A stretch of DNA of 64,000 bases from Octopus sinensis (lineage: Eukaryota). The position numbers and the translations under genes were made by a program. The DNA is taken from assembly GCF_006345805.1 (NCBI RefSeq), contig NC_043003.1, forward strand, positions 53,196,001 through 53,260,000. The letters are read 5' to 3'. Positions 26,628 to 38,900 of this stretch are shown here, in pieces; positions within the stretch are counted from its first letter, which is position 1, and every line of letters starts with the position of its first letter. The notes below the pieces were generated by a model that was not told the DNA's origin, did no database searches, and worked only from the letters and a program-made list of their open reading frames with translations.

Positions 26628-26666
<39 letters not shown>

Positions 26667-26754
26667 AGTAGTAGTAGTAGTAGAGTAGTAGTAGTAGTGG
26701 CAGCAGTAGCAGCAGAAGCAGCAGTAGTAGTAGTAGTAGTAGTAGTGGTGTGTG

Positions 26755-26803
<49 letters not shown>

Positions 26804-26994
26804 CAGCAGTAGCAGCAGAAGCAGCAGAAGCAGCAGTAGTAGTAGTAGTAGTAGTAGTAGTGTGGTGGTGGTGGTGGTAGTAGTAGTAGTGGTAGTAGTA
26901 GTAGTAGTATAGTAGTGTAGTAGTAGTAGTAGTAGTAGTGGCAGCAGTAGCAGCAGAAGCAGCAGTAGTAGTAGTAGTAGTAGTGGTGGTGGTG

Positions 26995-27040
<46 letters not shown>

Positions 27041-27120
27041 CAGCAGTAGCAGCAGAAGCAGCAGAAGCAGCAGTAGTAGTAGTAGTAGTGGTGGTGGTGG
27101 TGGTGGTAGTAGTAGTAGTG

Positions 27121-27160
<40 letters not shown>

Positions 27161-27198
27161 CAGCAGTAGCAGCAGAAGCAGCAGTAGTAGTAGTAGTG

Positions 27199-27292
<94 letters not shown>

Positions 27293-27305
27293 TAGTAGTA
27301 GAGAT
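26170..27305. repeat. Compound trinucleotide (GGT/AGT/AGC) array with higher-order repeats
   Basis: GTGGCAGCAGTAGCAGCAGAAGCAGCAG recurs about 6 times, separated by (AGT)n and (GGT)n runs of variable length. Confidence 0.9.
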
Positions 27306-27600
27306 GTTAATGTTAGTAGCCGGGTGCTGGTGTTCCTGCTGCTGCTTAGAACCTGGGCATTGAGCCTGGTAAAGAAGTCCTGTCCGAATATTCAAAACCG
27401 TTTCTACACCCGTCTTGTTTTCAAGAATATATATATACAGCAACATTATCTAAAATGTTCTTCCATTTTTTTTGTTTTTTTAAACGACAATGCTGTGTGA
27501 CTTCATTGATATTCGGCTGCTATTTCCAGCAGGTTCGAGTGACTATGCAGAAGCTCCTTTAATTCCGCTCCTTAGTAACCTGATCTTTTGTCATTAATCT

Positions 27601-27830
27601 TTTATCTTTTTACTTGTTTCCGGCGTTGGACTGCGGCCATCATGGGAAACCGCTTTGAAGGGTTTTGTCGAACAATTAACCCCCAATGCATTTTCTTTTT
27701 TCAAATCTGGTACCTATTCTATCGACTCTTTTGCCGAACCGCTAGGTTACAGAGACGTAAACAAACCAACACCAGTTGTCAAGCAGTGGTGGCAGAAAAA
27801 CACAAACACAAAGGCACACACACATACAAA
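27601..27830 (-). mobile_element. SINE family B 3' half
   Basis: Reverse-complement family B tail motifs. Confidence 0.8.
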
Positions 27831-27894
27831 CACACACACATACATACATACATGCATACATAAAACATACATACATACATATATACATACATAC

Positions 27895-27993
27895 ATTCAT
27901 TTCCCGAGCGTTAAACTAATATATCTGTTGTTTACATACCCGTCTTCGTCTTCTGTTTTGTTTTGCCTTTTTTTTTTGTAAATTCCAACTATA
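27895..27993 (+). mobile_element. Fragment of the pLTR-like family seen at 60670-61015 and 62655-62760
   Basis: CCCGAGCGTTAAACTAATA..CGTCTTCGTCTT..GTAAATTCCAACTATA. Confidence 0.65.
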
Positions 27994-28002
27994 CATTTCA
28001 AA

Positions 28003-28256
28003 GGTACTATTTAAGAAGAGTGGTCCCGGTGCGCGCACTCGCATACTCGCGCATCCGCGCTAGCTAGTCGCGACTAGTCGATCCTACAACGACTACCTAG
28101 CAAAATAAATAAAACACAAAATAAATAATTTTTTTACACAAAGTAAATAAAACACAAAAACACAAACTAAGAATCGACTGACTAGTCACGACTAGCTTGC
28201 ACGGATGCGCGAGTACGCGAGTGCGCGCACCGGGACCACTCTTCTTAAATAGTACC
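28003..28256. mobile_element. Mutator-type MITE, 254 bp
   Basis: About 75-bp near-perfect GC-rich TIRs beginning GGTACTATTTAAGAAGAGTGGTCCCGGTGCGCGCAC. Exact 9-bp TSD CATTTCAAA at 27994-28002 and 28257-28265. A-rich non-coding centre. Confidence 0.9.
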
Positions 28257-28325
28257 CATTTCAAAGATTTCACAAAAACATAAAGGGAAAATTTGTAGCT
28301 AATTCCTCATCAGTCAACGATGGGC

Positions 28326-28516
28326 TTCTTTTAGTTTCTGTCGACCAAATTCACTCACAAGAACTCTGGTCGACCCGGAGCTATAGAAGAAGACATTTGT
28401 TCAAGTTGCCACATGGTTCCGGGTTCAGTCCCACCGCGTGGCACCTTGGGCAAGTGTCTTCTACTATAGCTTTGGGGCGAACAAAGCCTTGTGAGTGGAT
28501 TTGGTGGACGGAAATT

Positions 28517-28564
<48 letters not shown>

Positions 28565-28780
28565 TGTATATGTTTGTGCGTCTGTGTTTGTCCCACCAAC
28601 ATCGCTTGACAACCGATGCTGGTGTGTTTACGTCCCCGTAACTTAGCGGTTCGGCAAAAGAGACCGATAGAATAAGTACTAGGCTTCCAAAGAATAAGTC
28701 CTGGGGTCGATTAGCTCAACTAAAAGTGGTGCTCCAGCATGGCCGCAGTCAAATGACTGAAACAAGTAAAAGAGTAAAGA
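28326..28780. mobile_element. Inverted SINE-B fragment (28326-28405, minus) fused to a near full-length SINE-B (28406-28780, plus)
   Basis: The left piece is the reverse complement of the region 28450-28515 of the right copy. Confidence 0.75.
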
Positions 28781-29994
28781 AATACCAGCCGTGAGCATCT
28801 CATATTCTCTCTCTCCCTCTCTCTCTCCTGTTTAGCTGCAATCCAAGATCACTGTTCATTTTTTATTATTATTAGTTTAGGATGAGAAGGTGTGATAACA
28901 GGGTATTTTAGCTACTCTTTCTAGCTCATCGAATGTGGGTATCGGCTGTGGTGGTGATGGCGATGGTGGCGGTAGGAGTGTAGGTAGCGGTGACAGCGGC
29001 CGTAACAACGACAACGGTGATAATGATGACGATAATGATGACAACAACATTGGTTGGTCATGACGACGCCGATATCGGCGTTGGCTTAGAGCTGGTAGTG
29101 CGGTGCGGTGATAACAACAATGGCGATGGAGTTAGTGGGTGGGGATGCTGGTTGTAATGTATGTTGGTGTTGTCACTGGTTGTGTCGACACTTGTGACGG
29201 AGACAATGGAACGTTACACCCACAGTCAGACAATGAGGGGAAACCTCTACGTGGTCAATCGATTTGCTAGAAATTGCAGCGAAATCTCCCTCATGTCACT
29301 CCCTAACGTCCTAAGAAAAAAGAAAGGATACGATTGGTAAAGTATTCCTAGATAAACAAAAAAGGTGTGTTGGTCAAGACTGGAAGGTCTTTGACCATAC
29401 GACTGCTCGATCAGGGCTGTCCAGGAGCGAAACAATACCAACAAAAATATTTAGTCTACGGAAGAAACATCGAAGTGATCGTTCGACATCCTAGAAATAC
29501 CCGCTATGGCGCCCTCAGATCGTAATTTTATATCCTGGAAAGCGAAAGAGATATTGGACTTTGTAACCCTAGATACGTTATGCTTGAAAAACAGACGGAA
29601 TGGTCAGGGATGGAACACCTTTGACCGTAGGTCTGTCCGATCAGAGATGACATGACCCAAATAACAACAACACTAATGTCTAGATAACAACATATCCAAA
29701 ACATCGTTCTATTTGTCATGGCATGTGTTCGAGTGTTACACTTCTAACAACCGTGACCAGAGGACGATATTGGAAACAGTCTAAACAAATCTGGAGATTA
29801 ACGCGTTGAGCATTAACTATGGAAGGAAATCGGTAGCATTATTGAAATCTTTAATATGATGGTTTCTGATTTAGGTACAAGGCCAGCATTTTTTTAGGAA
29901 TGGCGTAAAGTCGATACCATTCATCCCACTACTCGACTGGAATCAGTATAGAATTTTTTCACTTGTAAATATGATTTATTATTGTGTTAATGTT

Positions 29995-30215
29995 ACTCTC
30001 TTTTACTCTTTTACTTGTTCCAGTCATGTGACTGTGGCCATACTGGAGCATCGCCTTTAGTCGAGCAAATCGACCCCAGGACTTATTCTTTGTAAGCCTA
30101 GTACTTTTTCTATCGGTCTCTTTTGCCGAACCGCTACGTTACGGGGTCGTAAACACACCAGCATCGGCTGTCAAGCGATATTGGGGAGACAAACACATAC
30201 ACACAAACACATACC

Positions 30216-30263
<48 letters not shown>

Positions 30264-30425
30264 TATGACGGGCTTCTATCAGTTTCCGTCTACCAAATCC
30301 ACTCATAAGGCTTTGGTCGGCCCGAGGCTATAGTAGAAGACACTTGCCCTAGGTGTCACGTAGTGGGACTGAACCCGGAACCATGTGGTTGGTAAGCAGG
30401 CTACCTATCACACAGCCACTCCTGT
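29995..30425 (-). mobile_element. SINE family B, full length
   Basis: Complete reverse-complement match to 8515-8920. Confidence 0.9.
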
Positions 30426-30932
30426 CTTGAAAGTGTTGAAGGAGAACAGGGTATTTCACCACTGGAAGGCGTTGTACGTTCTGTATCGATAATGCATGCG
30501 AAAGATAGATTATCGATTCATAATGTGAAATCCTGTGACAACATCATATGAATATCTGTGGTTAGAAGTGACAGCGGGAGTCATTTATTTTCAGCTGAAA
30601 GTAGGGGTGGGGTGAGCAGTGAACATAACGGGAATTAGTACAAATCAATCGATAGATTGTGATGAGAAAGATCTCCACTTTAACAGGATGTGATGGAGCT
30701 TCTGGCCGATATGTTTTAACTAGTAAATGAGAAGTAGATAGATCACACAAACAGCAACTTCAGAACATTATTACTCGAAAGCATGCTGATGTCAAGGCCA
30801 ATGATTTCGTTTTAGTCACAATTTTCAAAGGCAACTGATCAGTTGGTTAAGCAAGTCTCTGGTAAATCTGGTACTTCAGAAGCCGTACGTGAAGAAGGAC
30901 AAAGATTTTGATATGGTAATGGAAAGGTTTGA

Positions 30933-31167
30933 GAAAGGCGACGAGCTGGCAGAAACATTAGGACGCCGGGCGAAATGCGTAGCCGTGTCTCGTCTGCCGT
31001 TACGTTCTGAGTTCAAATTCCACCGAGGTCGACTTTGCCTTTCATCCTCTCGGGGTCGATAAATTAAGTACCAGTTACGCACTGGGGTCGATGTAATCCA
31101 CTTAATCCCTTTGTCTGTCCTTGTTTGTCCCCTCTATGTTTAGCCCCTTGTGGGCAATAAAGAATTA
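30933..31167 (+). mobile_element. SINE family A monomer with 15-bp TSD
   Basis: TSD AATGGAAAGGTTTGA at 30918-30932 and 31168-31182. Confidence 0.9.
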
Positions 31168-31850
31168 AATGGAAAGGTTTGAAATGATGTAAAGATGATA
31201 TGTCTATTGTTAACTAAGTCAGCAAGGCTGTTATTTTTGGAGGTTGAACATGCTGTCATATTTTCCCGTAGATTAGGGGTAGATATCTACATAGAGATAA
31301 AAATTGAACAGTTTGATTGACCATACGAGGAACACACAAGTTAACTGAAAATAAGTAACATAAAACGTTGCAGCTGCCAACATCAGGAGCACTATATAAA
31401 TGTCGAGCCTAAACTCAAATACTGCTACGTATGTTGTTTGAAGAGGCACTCTCTTAAAATTAATAAGGCTGATTGGTGGGTGTGCCTGATTACAAAAGCA
31501 ACAAGCAATTGACCTTATTTATCACACTGCGCGAAATAATAAATATTCATTAATTGATTGACATCGTTACGAATATTTCACACCTAAGATAAGGAAATAG
31601 CTAAGGCTTGATAAAACTACTGATTATCAGATTTTGCTTGTTATATATTTAAAAATGTAACGTTCACAAAAGACAAAAAATACATACACACACATTTATA
31701 TACTAAATATCTATGAATATAATTAGATAACTCCATTCTTTGACTTGAGAAGGAAACCAGTTTCATGATTTTCTTGTTGTCTAGAGTCTATTTTCTACCT
31801 TTCCTTTTTTTTTGTTTGTTTTTCATTTTGTTCGTTTTAATTCTTATAAG

Positions 31851-32153
31851 GTGGAGGCACATGGCCTAGTGGTTAGAGCAGTGGACTCGCGGTCAGGGAT
31901 CACGGGTTCGATTCTTAGACTGGGCGATGTGTGTGTTTATTAGCGAAAACACCTAAGCTCCACGCGGCCCGGCAGAAGGTAATGGCGAACTTCTGCTAAC
32001 TCTTTCGCCACAACTTTCTCTCACGCTTTCCTCCTGCATCTTGCAGCTCACCTGCGACGAACCGGCGTCCCGTCCAGGTGGCGAACCTATACGCCAAGGA
32101 AACCGAGAAACCGGCCCTTATGAGCCAGAGATGGCTCGAGAAGGAACAAACAA
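31851..32153 (+). mobile_element. tRNA-derived SINE, family C (body C1 + tail T2)
   Basis: Head TGGCCTAGTGG..GGGTTCGATTC, body ACACCTAAGCTCC, tail GGCGTCCCGTCCAGGTGG..GAAACCGGCCCTTATGAG..CTCGAGAAGGAAC shared with 43021. Confidence 0.8.
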
Positions 32154-32518
32154 ATACTTATAAGGTCTTCCTTGATGCAGCAAGCTATGTTTCCAATATT
32201 ATTATATTGATATAGCGGAGAGCTGGCACAATCGTTATCACGTCGGAAAAACTGCTTAGCGACATTTTCCCCAACTTTACGTTTTGAGTTCAAATTCCGC
32301 CGAGGTCAACTTTACCTTTCATCCTCCTAAGGTCAATAAAAATAAGTAGATTTAAACACTTACGTTCAGAGTTCAAATTCCACTAAGATCGACTTTGCGT
32401 TTCACCCTTTCGAAGTCGATAAAATAAGTGCCAATTATTGAGTATTGGTGGTCAATGTAATCGACTTAACTACCCCCTCGAAATTACTGGCCAAGTGTTA
32501 AGATTTGAAACTAATTAT

Positions 32519-33012
32519 ATCTTTACTCTTTTACTTGTTTCAGTCATTCGACTGTGGCCATGCTAGAGCACCGCCTTTTAATCGAGCAAATCGACCCCAC
32601 GACTTATTCTTTGTAAGCCTAGTACTTATTCTATCGGTCGCTTTTGCTGAAACGCTAAGTTACGGAGTAAACACACCAGCATTTGTTATCAAGCGATGTT
32701 GGGGGGGGGGGACAAACACAGAAACGCAAACATACACACACACATACATATATGTATATATATATACATATATACGACGGGCTTCTTTCACTTTCCGTCT
32801 ACCAAATCCACTCACAAGGCTTTGGTCGGCCCGAGGATATAGTAGAAAACACTACTATATGTGTCAGCAGAAGTTCGCCATTACCTTCTGCCGGGCCGCG
32901 TGGAGCTTAGGTGTTTTCGCTCATAAACACACACATCGCCCAGTCTGAGAATCAGGCTGAACCCGGAACCATGTGGTTCGTAAGCAAGCTACTCATCACT
33001 CAGCAACTCCTA
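32519..33012 (-). mobile_element. SINE family B whose CORE-like segment is replaced by an 88-bp inverted copy of a nearby SINE-C segment
   Basis: 32866-32953 is the reverse complement of 31910-31997 with 2 mismatches. Confidence 0.85.
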
Positions 33013-33029
33013 TCAAATATTTACATTAT

Positions 33030-33135
<106 letters not shown>

Positions 33136-33206
33136 CTTATATATGTATTTATATATACTGTTAAATATTATCAATCTTGCTTGAAATATTTTATGAAATT
33201 TATACA

Positions 33207-33270
33207 TGGCGGTGCCCCAGCATGGCCACAGCTCGTGAGCTGAAACTAGATAAAATGAAAATGAAATGAC
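33207..33270 (+). mobile_element. Very short CR1-group LINE 3' end
   Basis: GGCGGTGCCCCAGCATGGCCACAGCTCGTGAGCTGAAACTAG followed by an (A-rich/TG) repeat tail. Confidence 0.7.
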
Positions 33271-33329
33271 ATGAAATATATTAAAACTCGTTTAATAATG
33301 ATTTCAAATTTTTGCATTAAGGACAGCAA

Positions 33330-35140
33330 TATTAGTGGGAAGGTTTTAATCGATTAAATCGATGTCAGTACTTGAACCCGAAAGGGTGAAAGAATGCCAC
33401 TAAACCTTTTTGTCCGACACGTTAAGAATTGTCAGCTCGCCGTCTTTGAAACTCCCATAATAATTATAAAATTATGATACAAAATTATAGCTACGACCGA
33501 AGGCCCAGGGTTAGTAGAATCTGTAGACAGCTAGATCAAAATTTTTTGCGGTATTTTTGTTGCGGTCCTTTGCGTTCTGAGTTCAAATCTAGCCAAAGTC
33601 AACTTTGCCTTTCATCCCTTTCGGGGCCGATAAAATAAAGTACTAATCACGTACTAGATGGGGAGAGGCCTAGTCCTTTACGGTCTGAGCTCAAATCCAG
33701 CCTTTCATCCCTTTCGAGGCCGATAAAATAAAGTACTAGTTACGTACTAGATGGGGAGAGGCCTAGGTATCAACTAATCCCTCCACTGAAAACAGTTTGT
33801 CTTCTAACCAAATTAGAAACGATTATTAAATTCAAATATTTACTCACGACCGTACATTTTCTAGAGGGAAACTTACATTCGATTAAATCTCAGAACGTAA
33901 AAAGCCAAAACTAAAAGCTGCAAGGCATTTTGTTAGATGATTCCCTCATGATCTTCTTGGGTGCTTTTATTATTCGAGTGATCAGCAGAATCGTTAGAGC
34001 GACAACTGTTATGTGATATTCGTTCAGTGTTCATCTTTACTTTTCATCCCTCCGGAGCCGATAAAATAAAGCCCCGGCCAAATTTTGGGGTTGATGGTAT
34101 CATCTAACACATTTTCCTCCAAACTTTCATGCATCGTGCCTATAATCAAAATTATTATTAAAACCTGAATGTGGTCGACGTATTGGCAGAATCGATAGAA
34201 CATCAGCCAAGCACTTTGCAGTGTTAAGTTACATAATTTTACTTTTTTAATTCAATTCCAGCCAAAGTCAATTTTTGTTTCCATCCTTTCGGGTTCAATA
34301 AACCAATAAAATCCAGTCAAGTTTTGGGGATCTGATAATGAACTGATCCTGCTCACAAAATGTTTGGCTAAATGGCTTATTGAATAGAATGCTAGACAAT
34401 TAATCAAAGAATTGATTTTCCACAGTTTGAGATGCTGCTTCGAGTTTGTGCCAAGGAAAAAATTTTTTTTTCATTTACTTATTTATAACAAAGCACTAAG
34501 CAAGGATGACGGATTTATTGGATAGTTAAGCCGAGTTCAACTTCTTACTGCAAGAATACATTATCTTACACGTTTATTTAAGATGAGTGGGTGTGCTTTG
34601 AAAGAAATGTGACAAATATGTCTTGCAGGTAGAGTTTGACTCAAGTAATATTAATTTCTGGTATTGACACAAAAATGCAAATTTGTTGGTGAAAACTGCA
34701 ATTTGACTGAATCGAGTATGTATTTCATCGAACTAAATACTACAAAGTATTTAATTCGGCTGCATTCGATGGGCTAACAAACCTCTCTTATGTTTTCCAT
34801 TCCTCAGAAGAAAATGTTGAGTATAACTCCGAGGTCCCTCTGTAGAAATCACTGTAAATAATCCATAGATTTCAACTGCAAACTACAAACCTTTATCTTT
34901 AAATATGGAGTCTGCTCCAAACTTTTCGCACATTCTTATACAATAGTTTTGACCAGTAATTTTAGCGGGATGGAGTTAGTCGATTACATCGACCTCAATG
35001 TTCAAATGGTACTTATTTTATCGATCTAGAAAGGATGAAAGGCAAAATCGACCTCTGCGAAATTTTAAATCCGAACGGAAAGAGCCAGAAGAAATGCAAA
35101 GCATTTTGTCCAACATGATAACGATTCCTCCAGTTAGCTG
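33330..35140. repeat. Cluster of old, degenerate SINE-A relatives, including a roughly 90-bp tandem duplication at 33567-33770
   Basis: Repeated decayed CTTTCATCC(C)TTTCG(G/A)GGCCGATAAAATAAAG cores in both orientations. Confidence 0.7.
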
Positions 35141-35882
35141 TCTTTACATTCTTAAATAATAAAATCCATGCCTACAAACATTTTTTAGACGTGAACGAGT
35201 TAGACGTTATAATGTAATAAGTAAAATTATAATAGCCCTTGAAATTACCATGCTCCGTAGCTTGAAAACAATATGCATCAAAGATATTTTGAAGATCTTA
35301 AGGCATGGCACTCTGATGAGCTGCAAGTAATTAATATTGTATTTCCTAGATAAATTTCTTAAGCAGGCAGTTGGTAGAAAACTTGTAAATTAAAGATGTA
35401 CAAATGTTTGGTGTTCATGTCTTATTAAGCATCATTAATAGTATAAATGCTATTTGAATTCAAACAGTTGAACCTGGCTGGCGAGGTCAGTTTGTTAGAA
35501 ACAATCTACTACTTCAATATATTTCAAAACTTCTCATTTGAACGTCAAATCAGAGATCGGTGGAATACACACGGTTATTTTGGCCATATGCGAACGAATC
35601 CAAGGAAAAAAATCACAGGGGTTTTGTCCGGGCGGGGGATGTCTTAGGAAGCGTTTTGTCCGGATCCCATAAATTAATTGTGACTTTTTTCCTAGCCAAA
35701 ATTGTAACTATTACAGTGACTTTTTTCCTGTGACTTTATTACTGGTCACCATGCGAACGTATATTGCTGGATAGTAAATTCAAATCAGGTGTTCTTCAAG
35801 CTTTTTCTCCCTTGTTTACAAATAGTGATAGTTCTGTTCAGCCTATAAAAAATTTCAAATCGCTGTTGAAAATATTATACTA

Positions 35883-36243
35883 AACAAGAGCACTCAGAAA
35901 GCGCAAACCTCCGCCATGGCAACACTAACGTCTTCTCAACAATTAACCTGAGATGTTTTTAAAATGAGAATACTAAAATAAACGAGAATTCTTAAAATTA
36001 ACTCCACCGCTCTCAAAAATTAAGTAAAAAAAAAAAGCAGGGAAAATAATTCAGAATCTTTGTCCGGTACCAGATTGGACCAAAATCTAATCAGTTCGTG
36101 CCAGTCACGAGACCAAACATCCCTGAAAGTTGCATCCGTATCCATCCAGTGGTTCTTGAGATATCTTGCCACGGGCAAACAAACAAACAAACAAACACGA
36201 CTGAAAATAATACCATCGCCTTCGCTAAGGCGGAGGTAGTAAT
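35883..36243 (-). mobile_element. Helentron-associated non-autonomous element (HINE/DINE-1-like)
   Basis: On the minus strand: TTACTACCTCCGCC near the 5' end, (GTTT)n, the complementary sub-terminal GGCGGAGGT, then hairpin GCGCT-ttctg-AGTGC and a T-rich end. No TSD. Confidence 0.7.
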
Positions 36244-37649
36244 AACCATCTGTTAAGAGATTGCGTTTCAATAAACAACTCAACTTTGCCAAAAGATATT
36301 TCAGTAGAAACTGATTTTGTTTTCTCCGAGTCATTCATATCATAGTCTATTATTTTTTTAATTATTAGAAACTAAAACTATATTTCATATATAAATTTCT
36401 GCGAAGCAAATATTTGTTTTATTTATTAGCAGGAATAAAGAAAATTATGTCTGTGGACAATATTTAAATCCACAAGATCAGTCAACAATTTGTAATTTCA
36501 GACGGTGTAAATTTCGTGGTTGTTCTTATTTGTTTTAGATACAAGCTGATCAGAGATTTCAGCGTTTTAATCCCGACGACAGAAGCATGTCGAAAGAGAG
36601 TTGGGATAGCTATAGTGAAAGAAACATTGTAAAGCACAGGTTTCAGTTGCCATGTAGTGTTCGGATATTTGCAGTGTGTCTGATTGTTATAAAGGGAAGT
36701 TGTTGACCAAATATAAAGCCAATATTAGCAATCTAGAAACATGGATGTGTTTCAAAGAAAGCAAGCGGATATGACAAACGAACTGAATTGTTTGAGGCCA
36801 CATTCCCAGCTGTTGTACAAGTGGTTGATTGTTATGTTCACTTTGTAGAAATTACTCTGATAAATATATAGTGCAATATAATGTAATTGTATAAACACAA
36901 ATCACATTCATGCTTAAATTTTCAAAGCAAGGTTTGGGGCTATTTTTTTATAAGTGCGCGAATTTTAAAAACGAAAATCAATATAGAAGAAAGAGTAGCT
37001 TTAAGGTCGAATATTGCAATAATTTGCTGAAGCAGTATCGTTAGAAGATCAATATATATCAAAAGAAGCATTTGAAGACCGGGAGTAACTGACTTATCTA
37101 TTGTCGTATCGCTTACTCTAAGTTCAAATTCTGTTGAGATTATATCTGCTTTATCACGTCAATGAAATACATACGGTTATCTATATAATCTTCATACAAG
37201 ACATCGCTTTTGTCATGTAAAATTAAAACAATATAAATGTTATTCTTCAGTCCGAATAATTCCTCAGCCAATTAACTGTAAACTATTTTGATTCTTCAAT
37301 TTCCCTCTAAAATGAATCAATCTCTCGCCCAAACCACCTCTCTCTCTCTCTCTCTCTCTCTCTCCACACACATATATGAATACGGACCGCGAAAGCTTGG
37401 CCCATCGATCCCTTCCAAACAGTAATATATGTGTGTATGCGTATAGATCATCTATATGCACGCGCATATATGTACATGGATGAGATATTTAATTTGTCAC
37501 GAAGGTAATCACAATAGCTTTGCTTTTGCCTACTTTGATTCCAAACTGTTGCAAACATTCAAGTCAAGTATTTGGTTTGAGGATATTCCCCTCCCTTTTT
37601 CTCTCAAATCTCGTACTGTAAAAAGTCATAGTCACTGCCCCCCCCCCCA

Positions 37650-38900
37650 ACTACAAGATAAGAGTCATATAGTGAAGTTGGAAATTCTATATTCCCATTT
37701 GTGTTCTCAGTCTCTCCTTGTTCTAACAGCTTGACACTAGCATGTCAACCACATCATCCTGTATGATTCCTTCAAATCTCATATCATTTGCCATTGTCAC
37801 AATATCTTTCCCAGTTTGATGTTGATTTTCTGCTCGTATAAAACCTGCAAAATCACGGATACATTTTGACTATAGATTTTCTGAAGCATTATTCAAAGTT
37901 GCGGATTTCACTTCATGCCGTGTCACAGATATGTTGTCCATAACAACCAATTGGACGCAGAACTTCTTCCAAAATTGTAGGTTTACCCTCCTCCTAAACC
38001 ACAGTTGTTTGAAAGTCCTCAGATAACAAGATATAAAGTTAACTATCGCATCTTGATTCATTGGCTGTGGTAAAGTCGTATTTTGGGGGATATATTCTAC
38101 TCTCGCATTATTAGAAAGCTCATTTAAGTCCATCGCAGTGTTTGATGTATTGTCTGAAAGAAGCAATGTATTGCTCTAAATATTATGTCAGTAAACCACT
38201 CTTCCGAAAGTTTCTAAGTCATTCATGCCTTCTTATTTGAACGTCAAATCAGAGGTCAATTAAATATTGTGTGAGTAGCGGCTTAAATTCCATATCACCA
38301 GCAACATTTCTTCCCGGAAGACGTGTTCAACAATTCTTAAAAACTTTATATCGTAGTGTTGTTGATTCTTCTCGGGAAAGAAAAATTCTAGTTGGTATGA
38401 GCTTCTAGAAACATACAGTTTCAACATTATATATTTACTTTGATGTGCATCTCATTTTCTTCTTTCAGCTGCTCAGGATAAGAGCAGCTTTATATCAGCA
38501 TTGGCAGCCTCACCTGACATTTTATATTATGCAAGTTCCAGCGCTTCTTAAACCTTTCAAACCATTCCTTACTATCCAGAAAGATTTTCATTACAAGTTT
38601 TTCCTTTCGTTTTCAACAAATCGCCATACAAACTTTTGGCTTTTAATTCCATTGAGCACATTACATCGACTCTGTTCTTCGATCTATAAATTTAAGTGCC
38701 ATCCATTTAAATCATTACACAAGATCTATTGAAAACTAAGGTCCAAACAGTTGATGGAGTAACTTCATGAGCATTTAATTTTCTCTCAATTACCACTTTT
38801 GTTATTACTGCAGGCGTTGCAAGTGTTCATATTTTGGCAACGTGGCTGATGTTTCTCCCGCATCAAGCCTCGAGTTTACTATCCAGAGTAATCCTCTAAC
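37650..38900 (-). mobile_element. Decayed pogo/Tigger transposon (CENP-B-type HTH + DDE_1 transposase pseudogene)
   Basis: Minus strand gives SKEWFERFKKRWNLHNIKMSGEAANAD and LLSDN..VEYIPQNTT.LPQPMNQDAIVNF..YLRTF..FWKKF..NI..EVKSATLNNA. Confidence 0.85.

Noticed and set aside
26304-27446. 380-aa Thr/Ala-rich mucin-like ORF
   Set aside because: It lies wholly within a trinucleotide mosaic that is open in several frames on both strands, with no signal peptide or credible gene structure. Kept only as a low-interest note.
35313-35400. CTGATGAGCTG, a possible hammerhead
   Set aside because: No properly placed stem II, GAAA or stem I.
36538-36870. 55-codon frame after a TTTTAG acceptor-like site
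   Set aside because: No donor consensus at a sensible position, in-frame stops downstream, and no recognisable domain.
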